Virus record (IMG/VR): IMGVR_UViG_3300037479_000222 | Span: 1-37,392 of that record | Direction: 5' to 3' (one strand) | Length of the DNA: 37,392 nt | DNA from: a virus | Part shown: piece after piece, positions 1 through 7,675 of the stretch | How positions within the stretch are numbered: the first letter of the stretch is position 1 | Layout of the letters: each line of letters begins with the position of its first letter | Position numbers and translations under genes: made by a program | Notes under the pieces: model-generated | The model's database searches: none | The model's input: the letters and a program-made list of their open reading frames with translations, nothing else | Told to the model about the DNA's origin: nothing

Positions 1-127
1 GGCCGTTCGAGTCGTATATCGGCTACCCTGAAACGGCTCGGATTCTTGAAGAGTTGTCCGGCGTGAAGATACCAATCTCTCGCGCCCAGACTACTGTAGA
101 GCCGGGGGACACTCTGTTGATTGCTCG
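1..127. repeat. Terminal direct repeat, copy 1 (identical to 37266-37392)
   Basis: Base-by-base comparison shows 127/127 identity at an offset of 37,265. It lies inside a coding frame. Confidence 0.97.
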
Positions 128-218
128 GCTCAAATATCGGTTGGGCAATCCCGCCGATAAAGGGAAAACCACGCACACCTTGGACGATTTTGAATTCGCT
201 GTGTGCGAGGTGGAATAA
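1..218 (+). CDS. 3' part of the junction-spanning DUF1874 (STIV B116 / AcrIII-1 family)-like protein; continues from 37190..37392
   Basis: Frame 3 reads ..PFESYIGYPETARILEELSGVKIPISRAQTTVEPGDTLLIARLKYRLGNPADKGKTTHTLDDFEFAVCEVE, with stop TAA at 216-218. The joined gene is 97 aa. The motif pattern is recalled from DUF1874 proteins. Confidence 0.75.
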   Translation, partial: PFESYIGYPETARILEELSGVKIPISRAQTTVEPGDTLLIARLKYRLGNPADKGKTTHTLDDFEFAVCEVE

Positions 219-293
219 TTCGGGGCGGTGAGCGCCTCTGGCGCTGTGAACTGATTGAAACGTGGGGCAGCGCCTAAGGGAGAGACGAAGAGC

Positions 294-428
294 ATGGCCG
301 CAACACGGCTAGCGGACGCGCTGACAATCCCGTCGCCGCCGTTGAGTCGGCCAAGGTCGAAGCAAAGGAAATCGGGATGGCGCTACGTCGCCGCCACTTG
401 CAACGACCTGATGAAACAGGTCGAATAG
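294..428 (+). CDS. Hypothetical 44-aa protein (weak call)
   Basis: The ATG is preceded by AAGGGAGAG (276-284). Translation is MAATRLADALTIPSPPLSRPRSKQRKSGWRYVAATCNDLMKQVE, too short to judge. Confidence 0.3.
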   Translation: MAATRLADALTIPSPPLSRPRSKQRKSGWRYVAATCNDLMKQVE

Positions 429-533
429 TTACCGTATACGTCCGCCCGTGGCTCCTGGGCTTCGTGCCTGCGCTGCAATGGCGCATTCCACGGGCGGGCG
501 CCCTATTCAACAACGAACAACGGAGGAACAGAA

Positions 534-701
534 GTGCAATCACCAACTAACGCAGACATATGCAGCGACTTTCGCCTGTGGCAAGAATACGTTGACCCGA
601 ATGGAACAATTACCGAAGAGCAATTTGACGAAATGAGTTCCGAGGAAAAACGACAGATTATTCGCGACTGTTTTGGAGACGACGAGGCTGACAAAGACTA
701 A
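534..701 (+). CDS. Hypothetical acidic 55-aa protein
   Basis: A GTG start lies 7 nt after GGAGG within the recurring ACGGAGGAA leader. Translation is MQSPTNADICSDFRLWQEYVDPNGTITEEQFDEMSSEEKRQIIRDCFGDDEADKD. It is absent from the ORF track because it is under 60 aa. Confidence 0.5.
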   Translation: MQSPTNADICSDFRLWQEYVDPNGTITEEQFDEMSSEEKRQIIRDCFGDDEADKD

Positions 702-855
702 ACCACCGTTTTCCACGCTCAGGCAAGCCTGGCCCCATTGATGCCGCAAGGCGTTGCCCCGCGTGGGGCAAAATCAAACAATCGAGGCCGAGACAGTTCG
801 CGCCGCCTCGGCCCAGAACACAAACAATCTGAACCTGAAGGAGACCAGATTGATT

Positions 856-1131
856 ATGTCCAAACAAAAAATACTCTACAGCGATACCGCGACTCAACAC
901 GGCTTCGGCTCTGACCCCTTCAAATGGGTCAGCGGAGCCACAAAAGCCGAGCAAGCAGCCGCCAAACGCGGTGATATCGTGTTGTTCGAGCAATCAGTTC
1001 AGCGTAATGGCTCGTTCGTCTCTCGTCGGACAGAGTACCGACAAATGATCTACAAAAACGGTCGCTATCTGCCTCGCGTTCCGTCCGCCGATGTCGTTAC
1101 GGCCTACGAGCGCGGCGAGAAGGAGATTTAG
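856..1131 (+). CDS. Hypothetical protein, 91 aa
   Basis: An internal ATG of track ORF 754..1131 is preceded by AAGGAG. The upstream part of that ORF covers GC-rich hairpins. Confidence 0.6.
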   Translation: MSKQKILYSDTATQHGFGSDPFKWVSGATKAEQAAAKRGDIVLFEQSVQRNGSFVSRRTEYRQMIYKNGRYLPRVPSADVVTAYERGEKEI

Positions 1132-1132
1132 C

Positions 1133-1750
1133 ATGGTGACACTCACTGCAACCCTCATGGAGTTAGACGAGCGCGGGCAATGGCTGGCCCGCGCTCTGCG
1201 GAACGAGAGGTATCAAACTATCCAGGGCGCAACCGTGCGCATCGATAAATTTTCAGAGATACCTCTGCGCTCCGTGCTGTCCTACGAACGCCGATTTCGA
1301 TTATTTGACTCGCTCGGTAGGCCGCGCAAAGCGCCTTTGACTCAGGAAGAGGAAAAGCAGTTGGCGAATACGCTCCGCTGTTATGGCGATTCGTACAGCG
1401 GCTTGTGCTCCTTCTCGCCGATAGTGGAGATGTACGAGCAGGGCAATCGCTGCGCTCACTGCTGTTACGCTCAAAAGTGGGAGATGAGCCGCAAAGAAAT
1501 CGCCGACCTCGGCTTGCCATGCGGGCTAAATCTGAGCGCGCCAAACGACGCGCCACAACAGGCGCGAATCACTCAGATAAACAGCATGGGCAGATTCGCT
1601 CAATGGTGGATTGCGTTCGGCGGCTTTGAGCCGATCACCCTGAAAACATCGTGGCGCACCCAGGCCGCGCTAAATGCGCTATTCGGCAAACGTCGCGGCG
1701 TCCCTATTGATTCGGATATCCTAGATGAACGCTGCATGGGGAATAATTAA
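1133..1750 (+). CDS. Hypothetical protein, 205 aa (Cys-containing; carries an internal LSYERR hexapeptide)
   Basis: The ATG lies 8 nt after AAGGAG and 2 nt after the upstream stop. The frame is long, open and of normal composition. Confidence 0.7.
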   Translation: MVTLTATLMELDERGQWLARALRNERYQTIQGATVRIDKFSEIPLRSVLSYERRFRLFDSLGRPRKAPLTQEEEKQLANTLRCYGDSYSGLCSFSPIVEMYEQGNRCAHCCYAQKWEMSRKEIADLGLPCGLNLSAPNDAPQQARITQINSMGRFAQWWIAFGGFEPITLKTSWRTQAALNALFGKRRGVPIDSDILDERCMGNN

Positions 1751-1792
1751 CTATTCCCCAACGTCCCCACACACGTGGGGGTGAATCAAGCT

Positions 1793-2077
1793 ATGATAAA
1801 ACCACCATTCACAGCAAAACAGGGACTCTCCGGCATCTGGATCGAAGACGCCGACAACATCACCGTCTGTGATATTAGTTTACTGATCGAGCCATCAGAG
1901 GCGTTCAGGGTTGCCGAATTTCTAGTCAAGGGGGCCAATCTCTTATACGAGAGGCAAGAGCATGCTCGGAGGATCGGGAGAGAGTGCGGGGGCAGACCAC
2001 CACTCAAGAAACCGAGCAAGGCGGCTCTCGCCAAGAGAGAGAGCCGAAAGAGGCTCAAGCAACAAAAGCCGGAGTAA
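1793..2077 (+). CDS. Hypothetical protein, 94 aa, basic C-terminal tail
   Basis: An ATG within track ORF 1775..2077 is preceded by GGGGGTG. The gene is followed directly by a terminator. Confidence 0.6.
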   Translation: MIKPPFTAKQGLSGIWIEDADNITVCDISLLIEPSEAFRVAEFLVKGANLLYERQEHARRIGRECGGRPPLKKPSKAALAKRESRKRLKQQKPE

Positions 2078-2091
2078 ATCCGGCTTTTTTC
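2067..2091 (+). terminator. Rho-independent terminator ending the early accessory operon
   Basis: AGCCGGA-gtaaa-TCCGGCT hairpin followed by a T6 run, overlapping the stop codon of 1793..2077. Confidence 0.75.
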
Positions 2092-2370
2092 TTCTCCCGC
2101 TCTCTCCTATAGCCTGCCGTTTTAAAGCCTGCTTAACGCCTGAGCCACGAAATCAACCCAAGCCATACCGTAGGGTAGCCTGATGGTTTTCGATTCAACC
2201 ACGGGCAATTCTAGGCAAAATCTGGACATTGGGATTTCTGCCATTATCTGTAAATCTAAGTAAAGAAATATACTTCAGAGCTTTTTATGACGCTCTGTCA
2301 CAGAACTTCTATTCTTGGCCACCCGATCACCGATTTTTAGCAAACTCTGTAAATACAAAACCTTGCGGCG
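2092..2370. other. Candidate attP region downstream of the integrase gene
   Basis: This is 279 nt of non-coding DNA next to the int 3' end. It has a TCTGTAAAT direct repeat (2247-2255, 2346-2354) and a tRNA T-arm-like TGGTT-N8-AACCA (2184-2201). Confidence 0.3.
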
Positions 2371-3507
2371 TCATGCTTGCTGGCGCACAGAGGCGGTGGG
2401 AGGCATTTCATGGCCTGTCGCGAAGAAAAAGCCGTCAATTTCTCGACAATGCTTTTCAAGAATCTCGACCCCCTGTCTCATTGTCTCCAACCGGACATGG
2501 GTATACGTGGCTGTCTGATCACGGCGCTTGTGGCCGAGTATTGCCGAGACGGCTGAGTATGGGATGCCTGAAGACTCCATGACCGTACTGGCCAAGTGTC
2601 TAACGTCATAAAGAATCCAGCCGTCTTTGATTCGTTCGCCATATTCAACCTTGGCCATCTCCCCGGCCTTCTGTAGCGCTCGATAGAACCCGTTCTTTGG
2701 AATTTGTTTGAAAAATCTTGGGGCATGAACCTGGCGTGATTTCAACATCTCAAGAGCCATTTCAGACAGTGGGACAACGCGAACAGATCCGCCGCCTTTC
2801 TTGGTTTCGATTCTGACCGTCTTCCAATCCCAACTGACCTGGCTTTGTGTGAGATTCAAAATCTCCCCTTCCCTTGCGGCCGTCAAAAGCATGAGCCTGA
2901 AGAGATCAAAGATTTCATGTCTATGATCCATAGAAGCCATTTTCTCTCCCTTTTGTCTGTCGGCCCGGAGCGCCGCCAAGAGCTTCGAGACTTCTTGATT
3001 TGAGAGCAATCTTTCACGGCCCGGAGGATCGGGAAGCCACGGCGCGGTTGGGGGGCGCCATTCGCCAAGCTCCGGGAAATAATCCCCGGCTCTGTGAAGC
3101 GCGCTCGATACTCTCGACAGATATTGATTGATTGTTCCGGGTTGAAGCTTGCGGTCTGCGATGTGATCAAGAAACTTTTTCCAGTCAGCGCGAGTGAGTT
3201 TATTCAAGACCGTTTCATGTTCAACGGCTTCGAGAAATTCATTAAACACTCTAAGCATGGGTTTGCGTTGAGTAAGCGACTTGTCTTTAGTCAATTTGGC
3301 TTCGAGGTCTTTCAGCGTGATTGCCGGTTCGGGCGAGGCCATGCCGTAACGCTCTGCCCGGTTGCGTTCAAACAATGCCGCCACGGCATCCACGGCGTCT
3401 TTCTTTTTTCGCCATTCATATCGCCTGATTCTTTGCCCGGAAATAGTTATATCAAACCCCCATCGCCATGCCTGAAGGTCTTTCCGATATTGCCTTTTGA
3501 TTTTCAT
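2371..3507 (-). CDS. int: Tyrosine recombinase / phage integrase, 378 aa
   Basis: Catalytic-domain motifs are LLTAAREGEIL (Arg), YDVRHLAST, AILGHKRRDQTATYTHV (His..Tyr). The N-terminal region is arm-binding-like (MKIKRQYRKDLQAWRWGFD). Confidence 0.9.
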   Translation of the reverse strand: MKIKRQYRKDLQAWRWGFDITISGQRIRRYEWRKKKDAVDAVAALFERNRAERYGMASPEPAITLKDLEAKLTKDKSLTQRKPMLRVFNEFLEAVEHETVLNKLTRADWKKFLDHIADRKLQPGTINQYLSRVSSALHRAGDYFPELGEWRPPTAPWLPDPPGRERLLSNQEVSKLLAALRADRQKGEKMASMDHRHEIFDLFRLMLLTAAREGEILNLTQSQVSWDWKTVRIETKKGGGSVRVVPLSEMALEMLKSRQVHAPRFFKQIPKNGFYRALQKAGEMAKVEYGERIKDGWILYDVRHLASTVMESSGIPYSAVSAILGHKRRDQTATYTHVRLETMRQGVEILEKHCREIDGFFFATGHEMPPTASVRQQA

Positions 3508-3583
3508 GGAGTTTCAACGACAAAGCCGAGGTCATCCCCCGGCCTTGTCGCTTCCGTCTTTACTGGTTTGTCGCTCTTGTCGC

Positions 3584-3955
3584 TCACTTGTCATGATCAG
3601 CAATCCATTGCGCGATTGCTTTTTTTAGAGAAGCCCCTTTGTGCCGCTCTTTCATTTGTCGAAACGCCTCACCGCTCATGTGTGCGACGTAGGGTTGCTT
3701 GCGCTTCTTCACACCGTCGTGACTCGTCACGTAGTAGTCGCGGCGCAAGTCCCAACCGGCGCCATGCCGTCTGAAGAAATAGCCAGGCGTGGACGGTGGT
3801 TTTTTCGCTGTTTTCTGACTCGGCTTGCGCGTCCGTTTAGTCATTAATTCCGAACGCTTTACAGGCGTTTGGTGACGAGTCACCACGGTATGTGTTTCAG
3901 GCTCGACCGTGACGAGTCTCGGCGCTTCTATCACGGGGCCGTCGCGCGCCTTCAT
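3584..3955 (-). CDS. Hypothetical basic protein, 123 aa (the start could be the internal Met at 3844)
   Basis: The ORF sits between the membrane protein gene and int on the same strand, with a GGGGG-type SD before 3955. The protein is K/R-rich. Confidence 0.5.
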   Translation of the reverse strand: MKARDGPVIEAPRLVTVEPETHTVVTRHQTPVKRSELMTKRTRKPSQKTAKKPPSTPGYFFRRHGAGWDLRRDYYVTSHDGVKKRKQPYVAHMSGEAFRQMKERHKGASLKKAIAQWIADHDK

Positions 3956-3972
3956 TTCGACGCCCCCGGTCG

Positions 3973-4662
3973 TCAGTCCAAGCGGTCGTCTTCGACTTGA
4001 TAGCCAACCCTGCGGGGCATTTGTCTTGTGGCCTGACCATAGGCTGGAGCCGCAGCGATTCGGCCTTGATCGAGAATGCGAGTGGCCAAAACATCGGCTT
4101 CAAAGTCCGCTCGCTCTTCCATTGCCGCTTGGAGTTTTTGATTATCAAGAGCCGCTGTCTTGGCTTCCAAGATTTTCTCTTCCTGTTTGCCCTTATATCG
4201 AAGCTCCAACCTGACAAGACGAATCACCGGATCGGCCAGAGTGATAAACAAGACAATCAACAGGACCGTGATGAACACGCTCACAGCGCCCCAGGCTATC
4301 CAGCCTTCTTGAAATTCAGAGAGGGGAATATTCTTGACCATCATGAAATGTGTGATGAGATTTATCAGCATCACGATAACCAGAAAGGCCATGCCGGCAA
4401 GACAAATCAACCGTTCTGTCGCGGAAGAGAAGGCGCGCGTGAAGCCATAGACGAGCCAGAGAAAAGCTCCCTCGACCACTATTACCGCGAAGAGAGCCAA
4501 TACTGTCTGAAACGCCTCCGGGAAATCCGCGAAGCCGTCTCGATAAATCATGAAACTAGACACGCAGGAAAGAGCGGTGATCGCCAGCAAAATCACCATG
4601 CCGCCGATGATCACGTTCTTTCGAGCCTGATTGTATTTGAACGCTTCTTGAGTGTTGTTCAT
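3973..4662 (-). CDS. Polytopic membrane protein (about 4 TM) with a C-terminal coiled-coil, 229 aa
   Basis: Four long hydrophobic segments are followed by the charged heptad-like tail KGKQEEKILEAKTAALDNQKLQAAMEERADFEADV. A GAGG SD precedes the ATG. Confidence 0.7.
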   Translation of the reverse strand: MNNTQEAFKYNQARKNVIIGGMVILLAITALSCVSSFMIYRDGFADFPEAFQTVLALFAVIVVEGAFLWLVYGFTRAFSSATERLICLAGMAFLVIVMLINLITHFMMVKNIPLSEFQEGWIAWGAVSVFITVLLIVLFITLADPVIRLVRLELRYKGKQEEKILEAKTAALDNQKLQAAMEERADFEADVLATRILDQGRIAAAPAYGQATRQMPRRVGYQVEDDRLD

Positions 4663-4817
4663 TGTCGCCTCACTTTGTTTGAGGCAGGCAAGAAAGGGGG
4701 TTGCTAAGTCTAAGTCGATGGCTTAAAAAGCAATTGCCCATTGCGTACCTGCCGTATTCAGGTTTTAGGTCGGGCGAGGGTTTCAGCCTCACCGGCCCGC
4801 GATGGGCGCTATTCTAT

Positions 4818-5255
4818 CTATGGCCTTTCTCGATGTCTACGCTTGAACTGCCGTATGGCCACTCCAGCATGGACGTTCTTGCTGTTGATTGCCGAGAATC
4901 TATTATCAAAGATCAGGTAGTAACGCCCCGGATTGAGGGCGACATCAAAGGTCTTCAACCTGACTCGACCTGTATTGAGATAGGCGTTAAATGCCTGCCT
5001 ATTGATGAAATTTTCTAAGTTCTCGTAATCCACGATCCATAATTGAATATCGAAGTTGTTTGGCCCTTGAACGCTGATTCTACCGCCTATTTGACCCACG
5101 CCTTGCTCTCTATCGAAAGCAAATTCAAAGACCTGATAGCTTCGTTCTTGCACATGGTATGTCCCGTTGAGCAGGACGGATTCACTAGCGAGTTCTTGCC
5201 CAATCGCGGGAAAGGACAATAAACACAGGCATAAAAGCAATGCTGAGATTTTCAT
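4818..5255 (-). CDS. Secreted protein, 145 aa
   Basis: The N terminus is a signal peptide, MKISALLLCLCLLSFPAIGQ. AGGAG lies 7 nt before the ATG, and the mature part is beta-rich. Confidence 0.7.
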   Translation of the reverse strand: MKISALLLCLCLLSFPAIGQELASESVLLNGTYHVQERSYQVFEFAFDREQGVGQIGGRISVQGPNNFDIQLWIVDYENLENFINRQAFNAYLNTGRVRLKTFDVALNPGRYYLIFDNRFSAINSKNVHAGVAIRQFKRRHRERP

Positions 5256-5281
5256 GGGAGACTCCTATTAAGTGCGGGGCA

Positions 5282-5554
5282 TTAAGCTGTTTTTTTGATT
5301 TTTGGTTTATGGGAAGCCGCGCTTGCGGCAGAGGTTAATGTTTCTTCGTCGATGTTCACACTTGATTCAACGCCATAGTAGAGGGAGAGAATTGCTTCGA
5401 CGTGTTTTGTCATGGATCGCTTACACCGCTTGGCGTCCTTATCGATTATTTCCCAAAGGAATGTAGGGAGAATGATCGATCTGGTTTTTGGGTCTTCGTT
5501 GCGTTCTTGAGTTTGCACAGGGATGTCTCTCCTTAGAAAAGGCAGGACGGTCAT
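5282..5554 (-). CDS. Ribbon-helix-helix (CopG/Arc-like) DNA-binding protein, 90 aa; candidate lysogeny repressor
   Basis: ATG at 5554 lies 8 nt after AAGGAG (the track start at 5563 is a GTG inside the SD). The pattern SIILPTFLWEIIDKDAKRCKRSMTKHVEAILSLYY fits a beta-strand + two-helix fold. It is the first gene of the - strand operon that ends with int. Confidence 0.6.
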   Translation of the reverse strand: MTVLPFLRRDIPVQTQERNEDPKTRSIILPTFLWEIIDKDAKRCKRSMTKHVEAILSLYYGVESSVNIDEETLTSAASAASHKPKIKKTA

Positions 5555-5716
5555 TGGATACACTCCTTCTTAGTTTAATTCTTCAATACCCGCGTTTTCC
5601 CACGACGCCCGGCCAACATTTTTTCTGGGAAGTTGCCTAAAACTCAATATCAAAAAAGACTGGATAATGTCATCTATTATCATTTCAGAGAAAATATGGA
5701 CATATGTTTTTTTATG

Positions 5717-5745
5717 TTGACATATCACATAATTCAACATAGTCT
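5717..5745 (+). promoter_or_regulatory. Sigma70-like promoter for the rightward (lytic/early) block
   Basis: TTGACA (5717-5722), a 17-nt spacer, then TAGTCT (5740-5745), in an AT-rich divergent intergenic region. It would give an almost leaderless mRNA for the ATG at 5756. Confidence 0.35.
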
Positions 5746-5755
5746 CTTTCTCGCT

Positions 5756-5974
5756 ATGGAATACAAAACTTTTTCAATTCGCATACCTGCGGACCTGTGT
5801 GATTCATTGGAGGCTGAAGCTTTCAATAAGCGCAGAAATCGCAATCAAATGATTGTCGACATTTTCGCGGAACGCTATCACGCACATGCCCCCCCGTCAC
5901 CTCCCAAACGCTCAGTTTCCAAATCCCGCAACGGCCATAAGGTCAATCGCAAGACCAAAGCCGAAATCAGCTAG
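5756..5974 (+). CDS. Ribbon-helix-helix protein, 72 aa; Cro-like candidate
   Basis: MEYKTFSIRIPADLCDSLEAEAFNKRRNRNQMIVDIFAERY is a typical N-terminal RHH. There is no SD, consistent with a leaderless start. It is divergent from 5282..5554. Confidence 0.6.
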   Translation: MEYKTFSIRIPADLCDSLEAEAFNKRRNRNQMIVDIFAERYHAHAPPSPPKRSVSKSRNGHKVNRKTKAEIS

Positions 5975-6132
5975 TCAGTAATCACGCGCTACAAAGCCGC
6001 TCCCCCACTCAGCGACTTAGAAGCGCGTGCGGAGACGTGTCTATGCGGAGATTTATTCGATGGTATTTAGATCAATTGTCAAAAGCATGCCCTCCGGCTC
6101 TATCAAATTGTGACAAGAAAGGAGCAATAGCG

Positions 6133-6861
6133 ATGCCGTCTAAACGTAGATTGCTTGATCTGTTCTGCGGCGCCGGAGGCTGTACAAAAGGCTATCAGCG
6201 CGCAGGCTTTTATGTTCGTGGCGTTGATCACAAACGACAGCCGCGATATTGCGGAGAAGAGTTTATCCAGGCCGATGCTCTCGAATACCTGTCAGCATTG
6301 ATTGATTCGGGAGAGATTGAAGAGTTTCAGGCCGCTCACGCAAGCCCGCCATGTCAAGCAGACAGCAATGGTCGGAATTATGGGGGCAAGAAACGGCTAG
6401 AACCCGATCGCTACCCCCGATTGATTGGCCCTACGCGCGCCTTACTTCAACCACTCAATCTTCTGTGGGTGTTGGAAAACGTCATCGGCGCCGCTGATCA
6501 ACTGTCTTACCCGACCATGATTTGCGGTACCGCGCTTGGCTTGCGAGTCCAGCGCCATCGTTTGTTTGAATCAAACTTGAGATTGTTCGCCCCGTATCCA
6601 TGCCAGCATCGGCCATTCGATGTATCTGTGCGTCGAAGGCGTGCGGAGTTTCTTTTAGCCTATCAAGACGCAACAACAGCAAAAGGTCAGCAAGTACGCA
6701 GACCTCTGTCATGCTCAATCAAAATAGCGCGTGACGCGATGGGCATTGATTGGATGAACTTTGAGGAATTAGGTGAAGCCATCCCGCCTGCCTACACCGA
6801 ATGGATAGGCGAACAATTACTCAGCGCCATTCAAGCTCAGGAGGATCGTCATGCCCTCTAA
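6133..6861 (+). CDS. DNA (cytosine-5) methyltransferase, 242 aa
   Basis: Motif I is DLFCGAGG, motif IV SPPCQ, motif VI LENV, followed by QRHRLF. ATG at 6133 is preceded by AAAGGAG (the track ORF starts upstream at 6037). Confidence 0.85.
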   Translation: MPSKRRLLDLFCGAGGCTKGYQRAGFYVRGVDHKRQPRYCGEEFIQADALEYLSALIDSGEIEEFQAAHASPPCQADSNGRNYGGKKRLEPDRYPRLIGPTRALLQPLNLLWVLENVIGAADQLSYPTMICGTALGLRVQRHRLFESNLRLFAPYPCQHRPFDVSVRRRRAEFLLAYQDATTAKGQQVRRPLSCSIKIARDAMGIDWMNFEELGEAIPPAYTEWIGEQLLSAIQAQEDRHAL

Positions 6862-7162
6862 ATCACCTGACCGCTTTCTGAACTTTCAGGAAGTCGCTGA
6901 ATTGATCGGCCTTGATCTGCATACCGTGAAGAAGGGGAGATGCGGAACGGATTCAATCCCGCGCATCAAGCTTGGTTCTCGCGTCTTGTTCTCTATGCAT
7001 GCCGTTCAACGTTGGATGGAGCGAAAAGCCCGAGAAGCCGAAGAAGACCATCAACGCGAAAGAACGACAGTGATTGATCTGATGTCGAGACAGAGACGGC
7101 AATCGGTAAAGGCAATCGCACAATCAATCGTCAATGAAGAGAAACGGAGGTGGGAGAGATGA
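6851..7162 (+). CDS. Excisionase-family / MerR-like HTH DNA-binding protein, 103 aa
   Basis: FLNFQEVAELIGLDLHTVKKGRCGTDSIPRIKLGSRVLFSMHAVQRWM matches the Xis-type HTH pattern. An AGGAGG SD is present, and the gene overlaps the MTase gene by 11 nt. Confidence 0.7.
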   Translation: MPSKSPDRFLNFQEVAELIGLDLHTVKKGRCGTDSIPRIKLGSRVLFSMHAVQRWMERKAREAEEDHQRERTTVIDLMSRQRRQSVKAIAQSIVNEEKRRWER

Positions 7163-7263
7163 ACAGTAATCTAAAGATCTGGCGGGCATTCACGGTCGCC
7201 ACTCTCGCGAGCGCTCTTTTTTGGGCGATTGTTATTTATCTTCTGTGGAGGTTTTCTCAATGA
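7159..7263 (+). CDS. 34-aa single-TM peptide
   Basis: Translation is MNSNLKIWRAFTVATLASALFWAIVIYLLWRFSQ. It has ATGA stop/start overlaps with both neighbours and is absent from the track because it is too short. Confidence 0.4.
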   Translation: MNSNLKIWRAFTVATLASALFWAIVIYLLWRFSQ

Positions 7264-7505
7264 TGACTGAAGAGAGATGGGAACAAGCAATCAAAATCAA
7301 AAACGACATGATCAACGAAAAGAACGATCAGATTGTAAAGCTCGAAATGGAAGTCATGAGACTTCGCAGCGAACTTGAAAACATTGCCAATGTCTCCATC
7401 GCAGAGATTCGAGCTATCGACTTTCGCCAATGGGCGCAGAACAGAGCGCGCCATGCTCTTGGCCTGAAGCCCGGAGAATTGACGATCAGGAAGGAGAAGG
7501 CATGA
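7260..7505 (+). CDS. Hypothetical coiled-coil protein, 81 aa
   Basis: The ATG is preceded by GGAGG. The sequence is heptad-like (IVKLEMEVMRLRSELENI). Confidence 0.6.
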   Translation: MMTEERWEQAIKIKNDMINEKNDQIVKLEMEVMRLRSELENIANVSIAEIRAIDFRQWAQNRARHALGLKPGELTIRKEKA

Positions 7506-7675
7506 AACTATCACTGAAAGAATACGGGGCAATCCTCGCGGTCTCTTTCATAACCACGACGCTGATACAAGCGCTGTGGCCTAGTCCTTCCGTGTGGTGG
7601 GTAGTCGCGCACTTCGCAATCAACACAGTGGGGACATTTATCGGTTACGCGATGGGAGAGAGAAGCCATGACTAA
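7502..7675 (+). CDS. 57-aa two-TM membrane protein
   Basis: Translation is MKLSLKEYGAILAVSFITTTLIQALWPSPSVWWVVAHFAINTVGTFIGYAMGERSHD. An AGGAGAAGG SD is present and the start forms an ATGA overlap. Confidence 0.55.
   Translation: MKLSLKEYGAILAVSFITTTLIQALWPSPSVWWVVAHFAINTVGTFIGYAMGERSHD

Noticed and set aside
1-127. The terminal repeat as a biological direct terminal repeat, LTR or IS end.
   Set aside because: It is exactly 127 nt, lies inside a reading frame that is only complete after joining the ends, and has no inverted-repeat or target-duplication structure. An assembly overlap of a circular molecule is more parsimonious, though read data are needed to be sure.
23-993. - strand ORFs 23..295, 274..546, 503..694, 540..749 and 658..993.
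   Set aside because: They lie opposite the + strand early operon, which is bounded by a promoter and terminator. They have no SDs and span the GC-rich hairpins.
2184-2201. tRNA-like T-arm (TGGTT-TTCGATTC-AACCA) considered as a tRNA gene.
   Set aside because: The loop is 8 nt, and I could not fold acceptor, D and anticodon arms around it. At most it is an attP core derived from a host tRNA 3' end.
2229-2582. + strand ORFs 2229..2582 and 2315..2518 in the attP/int 3' region.
   Set aside because: They overlap the integrase C terminus in antisense, have no SD, and the upstream half lies in the AT-rich candidate attP.
3094-3774. 226-aa + strand ORF.
   Set aside because: It is entirely antisense to the integrase gene, whose translation carries the catalytic motifs. 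It has no SD, and its composition is Ser/Arg/Cys-rich as expected from reading a coding strand backwards.
3997-4707. 236-aa + strand ORF.
   Set aside because: It is antisense to the 4-TM membrane protein gene (3973..4662), which has an SD and clean hydrophobic periodicity. The + strand translation is low-complexity (H/Q/R/D-rich).
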